From Amoebidium appalachense (taxonomy: Eukaryota > Protista > Ichthyosporea): a DNA stretch of 64,000 nucleotides. The stretch covers positions 6,039,507 through 6,103,506 of the forward strand of contig CAVNZM010000015.1 in NCBI GenBank assembly GCA_963693365.1. Reading direction: 5' to 3'. This document shows, one piece after another, positions 1-19,613 of this stretch (the first letter of the stretch is position 1; every line of letters begins with the position of its first letter). The notes beneath the pieces are model-generated. The model searched no databases, was not told the origin of the DNA, and saw nothing but the letters and a program-made list of their open reading frames with translations. The translations under genes and the position numbers were made by a program.

Positions 1-37
1 GCTGTATCTGTCGACGCTTATCGCGCCCTACATCAAC

Positions 38-913
38 ATGGACACACCCTCCAAAGCCAGGACACGTGTGCGGATCCTGCTGCCCGGGGGCGGCGTCAAG
101 GGCTGCTTCCAAGTCGGGTTCATGCAGGGGATGCTCGCTTCGGGGCTGTACCGGGTCGACAGGGTGTACGGCACGTCCGTCGGCGCGCTGGTGGCGCCGT
201 TCGTGGTTGCCGACCGCCTGGACGACCTGGCGCGCGAGCTGGGGGAGCTGAAGTGCGTGGAGGACATTGTGGAACCGTGGGGTGGCGCAATGGCGCTGCT
301 TCCGAAAACCTGGAGGACGGTTGTCCGGTCAATGCTGTACGGGGCGGCGTACAGCCGCTTCACCCTGCAGGAGCGTGCGGCGGCGCTTCTGGAGGGCATC
401 GACGCGGACATCTACACGCGCTGCCACTGCGTCGCCTGGGACTTCCTCAACAAGAAGGAGCGGTGGTTCACAGGGCCCGAGTACCAGGTCGGCATGCGCG
501 CGTCTTCGGCCCTTCCACTCGCGGTCCCCCCCGTCGAGTACGGCGGCACCGTGTTTCTGGACGGCGGCGTCTCTGAGCTGGTGCCCCTCACCAAAGCACT
601 CGAGGATGCCGCAGATGGGTTCGACAGCATCTACGTCACGGTGCTGTGCGACTCGCTGGCGCACTGCCCCGCAGAATCCGTGCCAAAAACGGGCATGGAG
701 CTCTGCTATGCGCTGCAGCGTGACTCGAGCACCGAGCTAGCGGCCACCGAGTTCGCCAACCTCCGCACCCGCCTCGGAGATCGCCTCGTGGTGGTCGCTC
801 CGGAGCGGAGGCTGTTTGCGTCGCCCATGGACGTCGACCCCGGGAAGGTCGCGCAGGCGCTTGCGGATGGCCGCACGGCGTTTGCTACCTGGGCCGCCGC
901 AGCACGTCAATAA
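38..913 (+). CDS. Patatin-like phospholipase (291 aa, intronless, probably of viral/mobile origin)
   Basis: GGGVKG oxyanion motif, GTSVG nucleophile serine, ASSALP and DGG catalytic aspartate motif, in patatin order; no introns, unlike the host gene downstream. Confidence 0.92.
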   Translation: MDTPSKARTRVRILLPGGGVKGCFQVGFMQGMLASGLYRVDRVYGTSVGALVAPFVVADRLDDLARELGELKCVEDIVEPWGGAMALLPKTWRTVVRSMLYGAAYSRFTLQERAAALLEGIDADIYTRCHCVAWDFLNKKERWFTGPEYQVGMRASSALPLAVPPVEYGGTVFLDGGVSELVPLTKALEDAADGFDSIYVTVLCDSLAHCPAESVPKTGMELCYALQRDSSTELAATEFANLRTRLGDRLVVVAPERRLFASPMDVDPGKVAQALADGRTAFATWAAAARQ

Positions 914-1372
914 ACCCAACCCGAGTCGAGTCCATATCTGTCGTCCTCGGTCACCCATCCGCGCCGCCTGGGGGCCAGTGGGGGCCTGGGTGGCGGGGGG
1001 TGGCTTGCGTGGCATGGGTGGCACGCGAGGCTCATGCCGCCGGCGAGACCACCGTGCCTGCCGTGCCCCTCCCGGCCACCCGGGCCCTGCGCAGGCCCGC
1101 CCAGCCCCGCCCGGCCACGCTGCGGGGAGCTCCTGTGTCCTGGCAAGACCTTCTCGGTTCACTTGCATAGCCATGGGGATCTTACGGCAAGTAGCGACCC
1201 CAACACACACCAAAATGGGTTTTAGTATAAATTATTTGCTTGGGTTGTTCGTTTACTTAGTGGTAGTAAGGTCGAAAGAGTAGTAACTTACTTTTAGAAA
1301 AAAATAAAAAGGGCAAAAATATTTCCAGTCTAAAAATTACCTACGACCTGCCTACCCAGCTACCCCAACCGC

Positions 1373-1597
1373 GTGGCTATTGTGGCTACTGTGTCCACTT
1401 CTTTCCGACTCACACCCAAACCAGAGATCTCCCTAGCAACGACCAATCAAAAGCCTCCAAAGACCACCCCCGCCCCCGATTTATTTCACTAGCCACACTA
1501 GCCACAGAGAGAAAAAGTAGCCACACTAGCCACAGAGGACCCAATGGCGCGATTTGATTGGCTGTCGGATCTGGTCACGTTCTAGCCACTAGCCACA
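1373..1597. repeat. Cluster of TAGCCAC(A) direct and inverted short repeats (iteron-like)
   Basis: Six forward TAGCCAC copies in three pairs (1490-1506, 1518-1534, 1583-1597) and two reverse copies (GTGGCTA, 1373-1388), next to an AT-rich stretch at about 1215-1340. Confidence 0.75.
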
Positions 1598-1617
1598 CAA
1601 CACGACACACAAGCACG

Positions 1618-1990
1618 CTACACTCCGATAAGTTTGCGATCGAGACCATAGCAGCGTGTAAAGTCTGAAGCGGCCTCACAACCTTCAGCGCCGTAGGCTA
1701 TTGTGTTGATGCGGGTGCTCTTAATTTTGCCCAGGATGGCCGTAACTGCAATCCCAAAGTCGCGCTGGGTGGGCCGCTTGGACTTATCGGGTGTGTTGTG
1801 TTCCCACCAGGACTGGTAGAGTTGGAAGAGGGCAGCAGGAGTAACCCTCGCGCCGTCTTCGAACGCGGGCACATCCTCAAACCCGTTCTCGCGCTTCAGC
1901 AGGTCCCGCAGGAACTGCAGCTCCATCGGCCCGCTGAGGTCCTGCAGCTGCCGCTTCAGGGTGGTCATGGGGGGCGGGACACGGTTGGGG
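1618..1990 (-). pseudogene. C-terminal fragment (linker plus winged-helix domain) of a DUF5906/D5-like primase-helicase
   Basis: PPPMTTLKRQLQDLSGPMELQFLRDL...VTPAALFQLYQSWWEHN...TQRDFGIAV resembles the post-ATPase linker and C-terminal domain of viral SF3 primase-helicases; no Walker A present. Confidence 0.6.
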
Positions 1991-2078
1991 GCATGGGTGG
2001 CCCGCGAGGCCCTGGGCCCTGCGAGACTGCTGTGCCTCGCATGCCCTACAGGCCCCTCCCAGCCACGCAGGCCCCGCG

Positions 2079-2292
2079 CTAGTTTTTGACTGGGCTTGGG
2101 GTGTCTTGGGTGTGCTGCTCCATGTGCCGCTTGAGACTCACTGCGAAACCGCCTCCCACACCCCGCGTGCGTGCACACATGCCGCAGGACACCCGTGTGT
2201 TTGTCGCTGTGCGCCGCGAAGTTGCTGTTGCGTGTTGTGGAATACGTGCAGCCCTCGATGGTGCACCTGTAGACTTTGTACTCCTTGACCAT
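2079..2292 (-). pseudogene. Small two-finger C2H2 zinc-finger protein, frameshifted in finger 2
   Basis: YRCTIEGCTYSTTRNSNFAAHSDKHTG then HVCTHAGCGRRF; the rest of finger 2 (SLKRHMEQHT...KN*) continues in another frame to TAG at 2081-2079. Confidence 0.75.
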
Positions 2293-2401
2293 CACAGCGC
2301 CCCTCTCAGGATGACACGTACAGATGTGCATGCTTTTACCAAGGGGAGAGAAAAAACATTCTAACCCGGACCACTACAGCGATGGCGGGAAAATATTTTC
2401 T

Positions 2402-2965
2402 ATGCCACCAATAAGAATGCTGGCGAGCCCTACCCCCAAACGTCAGCGCGGCGACGCCGAAGCCACGGTCGCGCGCCGTCTGTTCCTAGCCACGGACGAC
2501 GGACAGCCACGCTTTGTGTCTTCCAGTTGCCTTGGTCGCTGGGCGGATCTGAACCAGATTCTGCAGTTTCTACAGTCGAAGATAGCAAGCGTGGTTCATG
2601 CAAGTAACACGTATATCGTCAAGCTCAGTAGTGGCAACAGGTCTGTTTTTGAGATCATGGGAAAGGACGCAGTCGCTACCAAATTGGCATCGATGCAGTT
2701 TCTGTACATCACAACAGACAAGAAAGGAAACCCGGTGGAGAACTGGTACAAGGGTGAGAACTACCTACTACGTGAGCCTGTGTGCACATGGTTTGGGCGT
2801 ATTGTTTTTGACCCCTCCGACCCCAACTGCACGTCAGATGACAACATATACAACTTCAACATGTACAAGGGCATGGCCTTTGCCCCTGTTGACGGTTTCA
2901 GAGTGGAGATGGAGAGGGTGAGACCCATGCTCTGGCATCTAGATGGAGAGGGTGATGGCAGCTGA
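2402..2965 (+). pseudogene. N-terminal part of a DUF5906/NrS-1-like primase-helicase, truncated before the ATPase domain
   Basis: RIVFDPS...YNFNMYKGMAFAP...VRPMLWHL matches the pre-helicase motif (VF.P...FN.w.G...v.p.l.Hi) of this family; homology ends at a 15-bp duplication (2907-2921 / 2941-2955). Confidence 0.65.
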
Positions 2966-3645
2966 CAACCCCATCATGGGCAACTTCCTCGCGGTCTGGC
3001 CCCGAGAGGTTTTCATCTTCTGAACCACTATGCGATTTCTTGTTCAACAAACATGAAGTGAATCAAAAGCGGTTACATCAAACACCACATCAAAGCTGTA
3101 TAACTTGAACCAACCATAAATACCGCCTCCAAAATCACCTCTTTTAAACCAACGCAAAAGAAAAAAAAGCCAAAAAAAAGGGAAAAATTCAAGAGGACTC
3201 GTATGCATGGTGTCACCAAATCAGCTGACAGTCCGTGGCTCGTTAGCCGGGTGATCTGAGTTGTCAGCGCTGGCGATTATGAACAGGTGTAATGGTGCTG
3301 TAAGGTGGACATGCTATACGTTAGCCTACAATGTCATCCTTAGTGGAGTCTCAGCGGAAATCGACAAAAAACACACATAACACAAAATGTTCGTAAGTGT
3401 TTGGGCCACTTCTCTGTCTTTCCCTCCCTCACTGATGAATCTGGCAGATCGATGCATCGGACGATCTGAGGCGATCGAGATTTCCCGCCATGTTTACCAA
3501 TCTGGTTAAAACATAAGATAAAGCATTGGTCTAGATGGGAAATAGATCTATTCCTCCCGGGCCTGGGCCTCCGGACGAGGAGAGGAGCGGCCCATGAGTT
3601 CGAAGTTGTTTTTGTCTCAGTGAAGCTTAAGAGAGAGAGGGCGAC

Positions 3646-3648
<3 letters not shown>

Positions 3649-3726
<78 letters not shown>
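3649..3726. repeat. (GA)n microsatellite
   Basis: Pure AG dinucleotide run. Confidence 0.95.
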
Positions 3727-3729
<3 letters not shown>

Positions 3730-3887
3730 TATTTCTAATAGCTGCATAGGAGAGTTACGCGCTTAAAGCTAACTAGGGCCTTCATTCTCACATCTTCAGG
3801 CTTGTGCACATGCAACATTGCCCGTTGCCAGATGTACTATTAGTTACCTTCACTGTTACAAACCGGTCGGGGCATCATTTGAGCACC

Positions 3888-12807
<8,920 letters not shown>

Positions 12808-13376
12808 GATGCCATGCTTACCATATTTGGAAGTGGTGGCGTGGATAACCCTAAATAGCCTGGAGGGCATGAATGACCTTATATGTATGTAAATCGGATC
12901 TAACGAGAAAAACTCTAGTGGTGATGTTCGTTTTTGCTGGTGATATTGGCTAATAAGTATGAATATCAGAATGAAATATAACCATAAATCATGATGGTGG
13001 TGTGTATCAGTGCGTACCATATATGGTCATAACGGCGTATGAATGTCAGCTCAGATCCCCGGCACAAATGGTCATATCGAGCATGAATAATTTTAATGTC
13101 GAGTACGAGATATCCCCAAAAGCCTCAGTGCCCACCAGTACTGGGGAAGTGGGCAAGGTAGCTTCTATTGAACAGACAGTCTGCGTGACGCAAGTGCACA
13201 CATTTGCTGTGAACCACATGGGGACAAGGAATTTCGATGACTGGTCAATACATGAATAAATGGTGGTGAGCTCATAATGATCCCTAACGGCTATACAAGC
13301 ACTTAGCACCATGTATGGTAAATACAGCAGAAATACATGTACAACACCTCAACCCCTCAATACCTCAATACCTCAA

Positions 13377-13901
13377 TCATTTAGTTGTTTGCACACTGGG
13401 CAACTGTGATGCTTGGTCTGTGGCGTTTTTCTTGAACGGGTAGTCAGCCGACAGCCCCGTGCGCACAAGGGCGTCCCACGTGTCCACCAGGGACCTTGCA
13501 CGTGATGTCTCCATCTCCTTAGCCTGGAGCTGCATGTCCCTCTCATGCAGTTTCGCTTTCAGCTTCTCCCTTTCTTCCTCCTGCTTCTCTTTCAGCTCCA
13601 TTTCGCTTCGCAGCCGGGCCTCCCTCTCTTCCTCCTGCTTCTCCTTCAGCTCCATTTCGCTTCGCAGCCGGGCCTCCCTCGCTTCCTCCAGCTTCTCCTT
13701 CAGCTTCTCCATCTCTTCCTGATGCTTCACCTTCAGCTCCATTTCGCTTCGCAGCCGGGCCACCTCAGCCTTGCCGCGCTCCACGTAGATGGTGCATGCG
13801 ACAATTACTGCAGCAAATCCTACCCATGTTCCAACGACCGGAGTGCTTTTCTTGAAGCTTTCCAGCACAACTTGGAAAGTACTTGCAGAAGGGCTGGCCA
13901 T
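13377..13901 (-). CDS. Hypothetical protein (174 aa): N-terminal TM helix followed by a repetitive coiled coil
   Basis: Intronless ORF with GCCATG start; hydrophobic VVGTWVGFAAVIVACTIYV; three ARLRSEMELK repeats (DNA spacing 54 and 87 bp). Confidence 0.65.
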   Translation of the reverse strand: MASPSASTFQVVLESFKKSTPVVGTWVGFAAVIVACTIYVERGKAEVARLRSEMELKVKHQEEMEKLKEKLEEAREARLRSEMELKEKQEEEREARLRSEMELKEKQEEEREKLKAKLHERDMQLQAKEMETSRARSLVDTWDALVRTGLSADYPFKKNATDQASQLPSVQTTK

Positions 13902-13934
13902 GTCTGAAATCTGTGAAACTGCGTGTCAGTCAAC

Positions 13935-13946
13935 TCTGACGTCAGA
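13935..13946. promoter_or_regulatory. Palindromic CRE-like site TCTGACGTCAGA upstream of the 174-aa ORF
   Basis: 12-bp perfect palindrome containing TGACGTCA, about 35 bp upstream of the ATG. Confidence 0.3.
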
Positions 13947-14650
13947 CGACATTATCATGTGCCGTTCGTTCGTTCTCAAATTCTGTAAGATCTTTCCGAG
14001 GATTAAAATATACATAAATTCATATTAATTCTCAGGCAGCACCTACACTACACCTACTGAAAACCAGGGTGTGTATACACTAATACTATGCCCTAGTTAA
14101 CATATGCAGGCTAGGAGAAGCTGTCATCTTCCCATGATTAACGGCAAGACTTAGAAGTTGAGTTTTTATACATGTTTATTAGTTTGTTGTAGTTTGTTTC
14201 CTTTTCCCTTTTCCTTTCTTCCTTTCTTTCTTTCCTTTCCGTTTCCGTGTGCACAGATATCTTAGATCTATGTACACATCGAGCTATTTGGCCCGCGCAC
14301 ACGTATTGTTGTTTGCGTCAATGTCTAAATAAGTTGTCCAATCAGATCTCGTTATATTTTCCCAAATATAGTAACCTACATTCCTGATTAATTCTATTCG
14401 ATTCCTTTCCCATTCCATTCCTTTCTATCCTCATTCCTTTTCCTTCTTTTCCCACGACGTAGCATTGCTCTATGTCCCCCAACTATTAGGAATACTTATA
14501 TTTAGACGTGTTATGTTAAGAACATGTATAAATATATGATGTGAACTAATAGATACATAAGTGGTTTCATTTTGTTAAATGTTTCCGTACTTTTATTATT
14601 AGAAGATTACTTTCATTAGAGGATTGCGTTTTATCTTCTATGTGTCGACA

Positions 14651-16247
14651 CATCAGCAATCTTGCGCGAACATCCAAAACATATCAAACCCATCTAGGAT
14701 ATGCAACTGTATATTAATGGATATCCTTTGGATATACACACGATATGTAGGATGGTTTCAGTCGAACATATCAATACCATCCACTGGATATATACAACAT
14801 GTCTATTTCCTCCTGACCTCCAACCAATGTCCAATATATATGTAGTTGCATGCTTAGATAGTGATCAAGATATTGCACCCCCAATAGATATCACATATGG
14901 ATTTCCATGCTGTACCTCCATTGGGCATCGTTGTGATATAACATATCTGGATATGCAATCAATGCTTATATGGATACATAAGTGCACCTATAATGGCCAT
15001 TAAATACACATTAGATGCATATCATCGGAATGCAGACATCAAACGCCATCTGGTTGGTTCGGCATGTATTGGATATTAGACAGATGCCCACAATGGATAT
15101 TGACGCTGGATATCCAATTATGGAATTTCAACTGCATTCCTCCGTTGGATAGCTATATGGATATGTAACATTCTGGATATCCATTTGGATGCTTAGCTGT
15201 ATATTAGACTGGATCCGTAACAACATATCCAATACATGACTGACACGGATATCCGATCAAAACCCCCATACAGATATCAAGATATCCCTGTCGCAAGACA
15301 TGCAATACACCTAACAAGTATATCCAATGGCGGTCTATAGTGGATGTCCATATTGGATATCCATTGAAATATCCAGATGGATCGCTAATACATGTGCACT
15401 TGACCCCAAGGGCTAATGAACAATGCATGCCCATATTGGATACGTTCAATGGATATCCATTCCGATATCCAGATACATACGCATTTGTTTGTCCACTAGA
15501 CCCTCCTATAATAACCAAAGCATGACGATTCTACATATCCAATTAGATCACCAAATATGGCTCTGACGGTTATCCATATACACCCGCACGCTGATGTCCA
15601 ATAGACAATCATACTAAGACACAATGGATAGCTATACTGGTTATCTAGGCTCAACATCCATACAGATATCTTGATACACCTGCATTTGCCCATCCACTAG
15701 ACCCTAATACTAATATCCAATGCATGACGAAAATACATATATCAATAGACCCCCATACCGATCTCCAACGGCTATCCATATGCACCCCTGCTTATCCACC
15801 CAATATATGTCGATATTCATATACAATGCATCACCATTCACAATATCTAAGCTTAATATCCAACATGATATGCGGATACATATACACCTACATATGCACT
15901 CGGCACCTATGTTGATACCTAATACATGAAAAACAAACATATCAAAGTAGATGCCCAACCTAATGCCTAACACTTAACAAACATACATGTTTTGGGATAT
16001 CCATTTACACCCGTATCTAATACTCAAAATATCACTATAACAGCTATCTGGGTTGATACCCATACAGATAGCCAGATACATCTGTAGCTACATCTCTAGG
16101 GTATATCCACTGGATCAATTGCATAATTTTGGTAGGCTGTATATCTGTAGCATATCTATTAGGGTGTATTTGATATGTAATAAGGCATTTCCGGATAAAC
16201 ATTATACATCTTTACCGATCCATCGCATAACCATATGATGGCTAATG
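14651..16247. mobile_element. CACTA/CMC-like subterminal repeat block or non-autonomous DNA transposon end
   Basis: Starts CATCAGCAATC (same 9-mer as the 37226 terminus), ends in imperfect inverted GATGGCTAATG; saturated with GGATAT/ATATCC motifs; no ORF; no TSD found. Confidence 0.55.
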
Positions 16248-16438
16248 ACCACCATTGATAAATAATTTATGTCTGGTCTTATATCTATCACATAAGTAAT
16301 ACTTATCCCCGGCACAAAGTTACACAACCACGTTATACTCGGTTCCACAAATCAAGGGGAAGAAATAGATAAAAACTTTGAAGGGAAGAAAAAAAAAAGA
16401 AAAAATATAGTTTAGTGACAAACACACACACACATGAG

Positions 16439-16515
<77 letters not shown>

Positions 16516-16543
16516 GTCACCCACAAACACACACACACATGAG

Positions 16544-16588
<45 letters not shown>

Positions 16589-16617
16589 GGGGGGGGGGTA
16601 ACATTAAAAAAAGTTAC

Positions 16618-16849
16618 CTTGCATGATAACGTCGTCCTCGGTGTCCCTGAGGTTGTCTTCTTCTCCATCATCAGTCTGAGGGAATGGGATCCCTACATCC
16701 TCCCCCTCCACCGCCTCCAACAGCTCCTCCAAAGAAACATCGGGGGCCTCGTCTTCCACAATTAAATTGGCCCCCCTCTCCTCCTCCAGACCCATGACGA
16801 TGGTCCTACGCAAATCCAGGGCATCCCAACGCCGTACCTTGGTTGCTAC
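16618..16849 (-). pseudogene. Orphan internal exon encoding an acidic peptide
   Basis: CTTTCTCAG acceptor and GTAACT donor bracket an open frame VATKVRRWDALDLRRTIVMGLEEERG...EDDVIMQ; flanked by (TG)n intron-like tracts; partner exons not found. Confidence 0.5.
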
Positions 16850-16944
16850 CTGAGAAAGCAGAAAGCAACAGAACGTGTGCGAGAATGTGGGACCTATACA
16901 AACAGTACATACACACAACGCCTGAGGGGACTAAAAAGATTCAT

Positions 16945-16945
16945 A

Positions 16946-16982
<37 letters not shown>

Positions 16983-17092
16983 CACAGTGTCACACACACA
17001 CACACACACACACACACAAGCACAGTGTCACACACACACACACACACACACACACTGGCACACACACACACACACACACACACAACCACGAG

Positions 17093-17177
<85 letters not shown>

Positions 17178-17230
17178 CGAGGCACACACACACCACACAC
17201 ACACACACACAAACCCGAGGCACACACACA

Positions 17231-17328
<98 letters not shown>

Positions 17329-17588
17329 CCACGAGGCACACACACACACACACACACACATACAAGCACCGTGACGAGGCACACACACACACACACACAC
17401 AAGCACGAGGCACACACACACAAGCACCGTGACGAGGCACACACACACACACACACACAAGCACGAGGCACACACACACAAGCACCGTGACAAGGCACAC
17501 ACACACACACACACACAAGCACGAGGCACACACACACAAGCACCGTGACGAGGCACACACACACACACACACAAGCACGAGGCACACA

Positions 17589-17667
<79 letters not shown>

Positions 17668-17706
17668 CGAGGCACACACACACGTACACACATTCTGGGA
17701 CACACA

Positions 17707-17756
<50 letters not shown>

Positions 17757-17788
17757 CGAGGCACACACACACATACACACATTCTGGG

Positions 17789-17820
<32 letters not shown>

Positions 17821-17967
17821 ACACACACACACATACACACACACACACATACACACACAAGCACCGTGACGAGGCACACACACACACACACACACAAGCA
17901 CGAGGCACACACACACAAGCACCGTGACGAGGCACACACACACACACACACAAGCACGAGGCACACA

Positions 17968-18022
<55 letters not shown>

Positions 18023-18053
18023 CGAGGCACACACACACACACACAAACACGAG

Positions 18054-18095
<42 letters not shown>

Positions 18096-18096
18096 A

Positions 18097-18151
<55 letters not shown>

Positions 18152-18220
18152 ACACACACACATACACACACAAGCACCGTGACGAGGCACACACACACAC
18201 ACACAAGCACGAGGCACACA

Positions 18221-18251
<31 letters not shown>

Positions 18252-18282
18252 GCGCGTGCGCGCGCGCGCACACACACACACA
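16945..18282. repeat. Complex (CA)n satellite with interspersed CACGAGG / AAGCACCGTGACGAGG units
   Basis: About 1.3 kb of CA runs punctuated by recurring short motifs. Confidence 0.92.
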
Positions 18283-19311
18283 TCTATGAAAACTACTCCG
18301 GGACGTGTGTTGCCTCTAGGGGGACATCCCCTTGGACGAAAGTGAACCTGCAATGGTTGTAAACCACGGCAAGCCCCCAGTCATCAATTTATTGATCCGT
18401 GAGGTCCTTGTGCCCAAAAAACGGGGGAAGTCTTCAAGCCCCGTGAAAAAACAGCACGTATGTGGGGATCAATGGGGGTTGAGTGTAGGGTGTAGGTGGG
18501 TGGGTGAAAAGAAAATATAGCTGTAAAGCTGTAGGTGCTAAACACAGAAGATGTGTTTGTTGCTTGCTGATCTGCTAAAAACTGTCGTGCTTATATACCT
18601 AAGGCTACCGAACTGAGCCAATCAAAATCGATCTAGTGTTATGTGAAATCTGATCCTGAGCCAATCAAACTTGGTCTAGTGATCTGTGGAATCTGATGTT
18701 TTGATCGGCTAATAGGTGCCCGTATGCGGGCCGCCGAACGCGAACTGCTAAAACATGAAACGAAGCCTGTTGATATCGGACACCCATCCTACGTGTTTAC
18801 CCAGAAAAATATTTATGTCAATCTTTTCCACAAATAAAACCTCTATGAAAACTACTCCGGGACGTGTGTTGCCTCTAGGGGGACATCCCCTTGGACGAAA
18901 GTGAACCTGCAATGGTTGTAAACCACGGCACGAGAGCAGTATGCTTGCTCCAAAGGTTTCACTTAAGAATAGAGGCGAATACACGTGTGGTAGTGGCAGC
19001 AATGGAGGCCGGACGAAGTCGGGTATAGATCAGGAAACAGTCGGAGGACCACCTGCCGAGTTGTTTGATCCGGGAGTCGTCGACCCCGGCCTCAGCCAGT
19101 GCTGTGGCCCCCCCGATGCGGAGGCTGTGTCCGGCAAACCGGGAGGGTGAGAGGCCTGCCCGGGAGAGGAGGGCACGGAAGTCGGCAGAGAAAGCACTCT
19201 TGGTGTAGGGAATGCCACCGAGACTGAAGAGGGGGTCGTCGGGTTGACCGGACGTTGTATCCAGGAACTGCCGGAGGAGATGGGCTGGGGAGAAGTAGGT
19301 GAGGGGCATGC

Positions 19312-19613
19312 TACGAGATCGGTTAAGATCTCGCAGGCCACCAGTCCGATCGCATGAATTAGATCATGATCGGCTGGTGGCCTGCGAGATCTTAACCGAT
19401 CTCGTAGCTCAGTTGGTAGAGCACTCGACCGGAGATAGAGGGGTCGCGGGTTCAAATCCCGTCGGGATCATCTTTTTCTCATCCTCTTCTCGCTGGGGTA
19501 AAAGCCAGCACGCCTTTACTGGCGTCATCACAACCATCGGCAGTGGTTAGGTTGTGATCTCAAGGCTAGCAAGATCGCTAGTCTCTGCACCAGGACAAAA
19601 TCCAAAATGGTAG
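19312..19613 (+). mobile_element. Captured TRIM LTR plus PBS with a 5' fold-back inversion, inside the Copia A 5' LTR
   Basis: 19341-19607 matches the reverse complement of the TRIM LTR at 32169-32457, followed by TGGTAG(CAGA); 19310-19344 is the reverse complement of 19374-19408. Confidence 0.9.
19398..19470 (+). tRNA. tRNA-like unit in TRIM LTR (pseudo-tRNA, GGA at the anticodon position)
   Basis: Acceptor GATCTCG/CGGGATC, D-arm GCTC/GAGC with A box, T-arm GCGGG-TTCAAAT-CCCGT (B box), T5 downstream; C33, one anticodon-stem mismatch and a short variable loop argue against a functional Ser tRNA. Confidence 0.75.

Noticed and set aside
1618-2331. 237-aa ORF as a single zinc-finger/helicase fusion protein
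   Set aside because: Chance read-through created by a frameshift in finger 2; the zinc-finger gene's own stop is at 2079 and the middle is an intergenic repeat motif
2966-3640. Possible divergent host gene exons upstream of METTL15
   Set aside because: Only short frames with no recognisable motif or consistent splice model
14041-14650. Possible solo LTR fragment
   Set aside because: LTR-like composition but no second copy, termini or TSD in the window
19398-19470. Functional tRNA-Ser(GGA) gene or free SINE
   Set aside because: C33, anticodon-stem mismatch and no long variable arm; all three copies are embedded in the same LTR with no SINE tail
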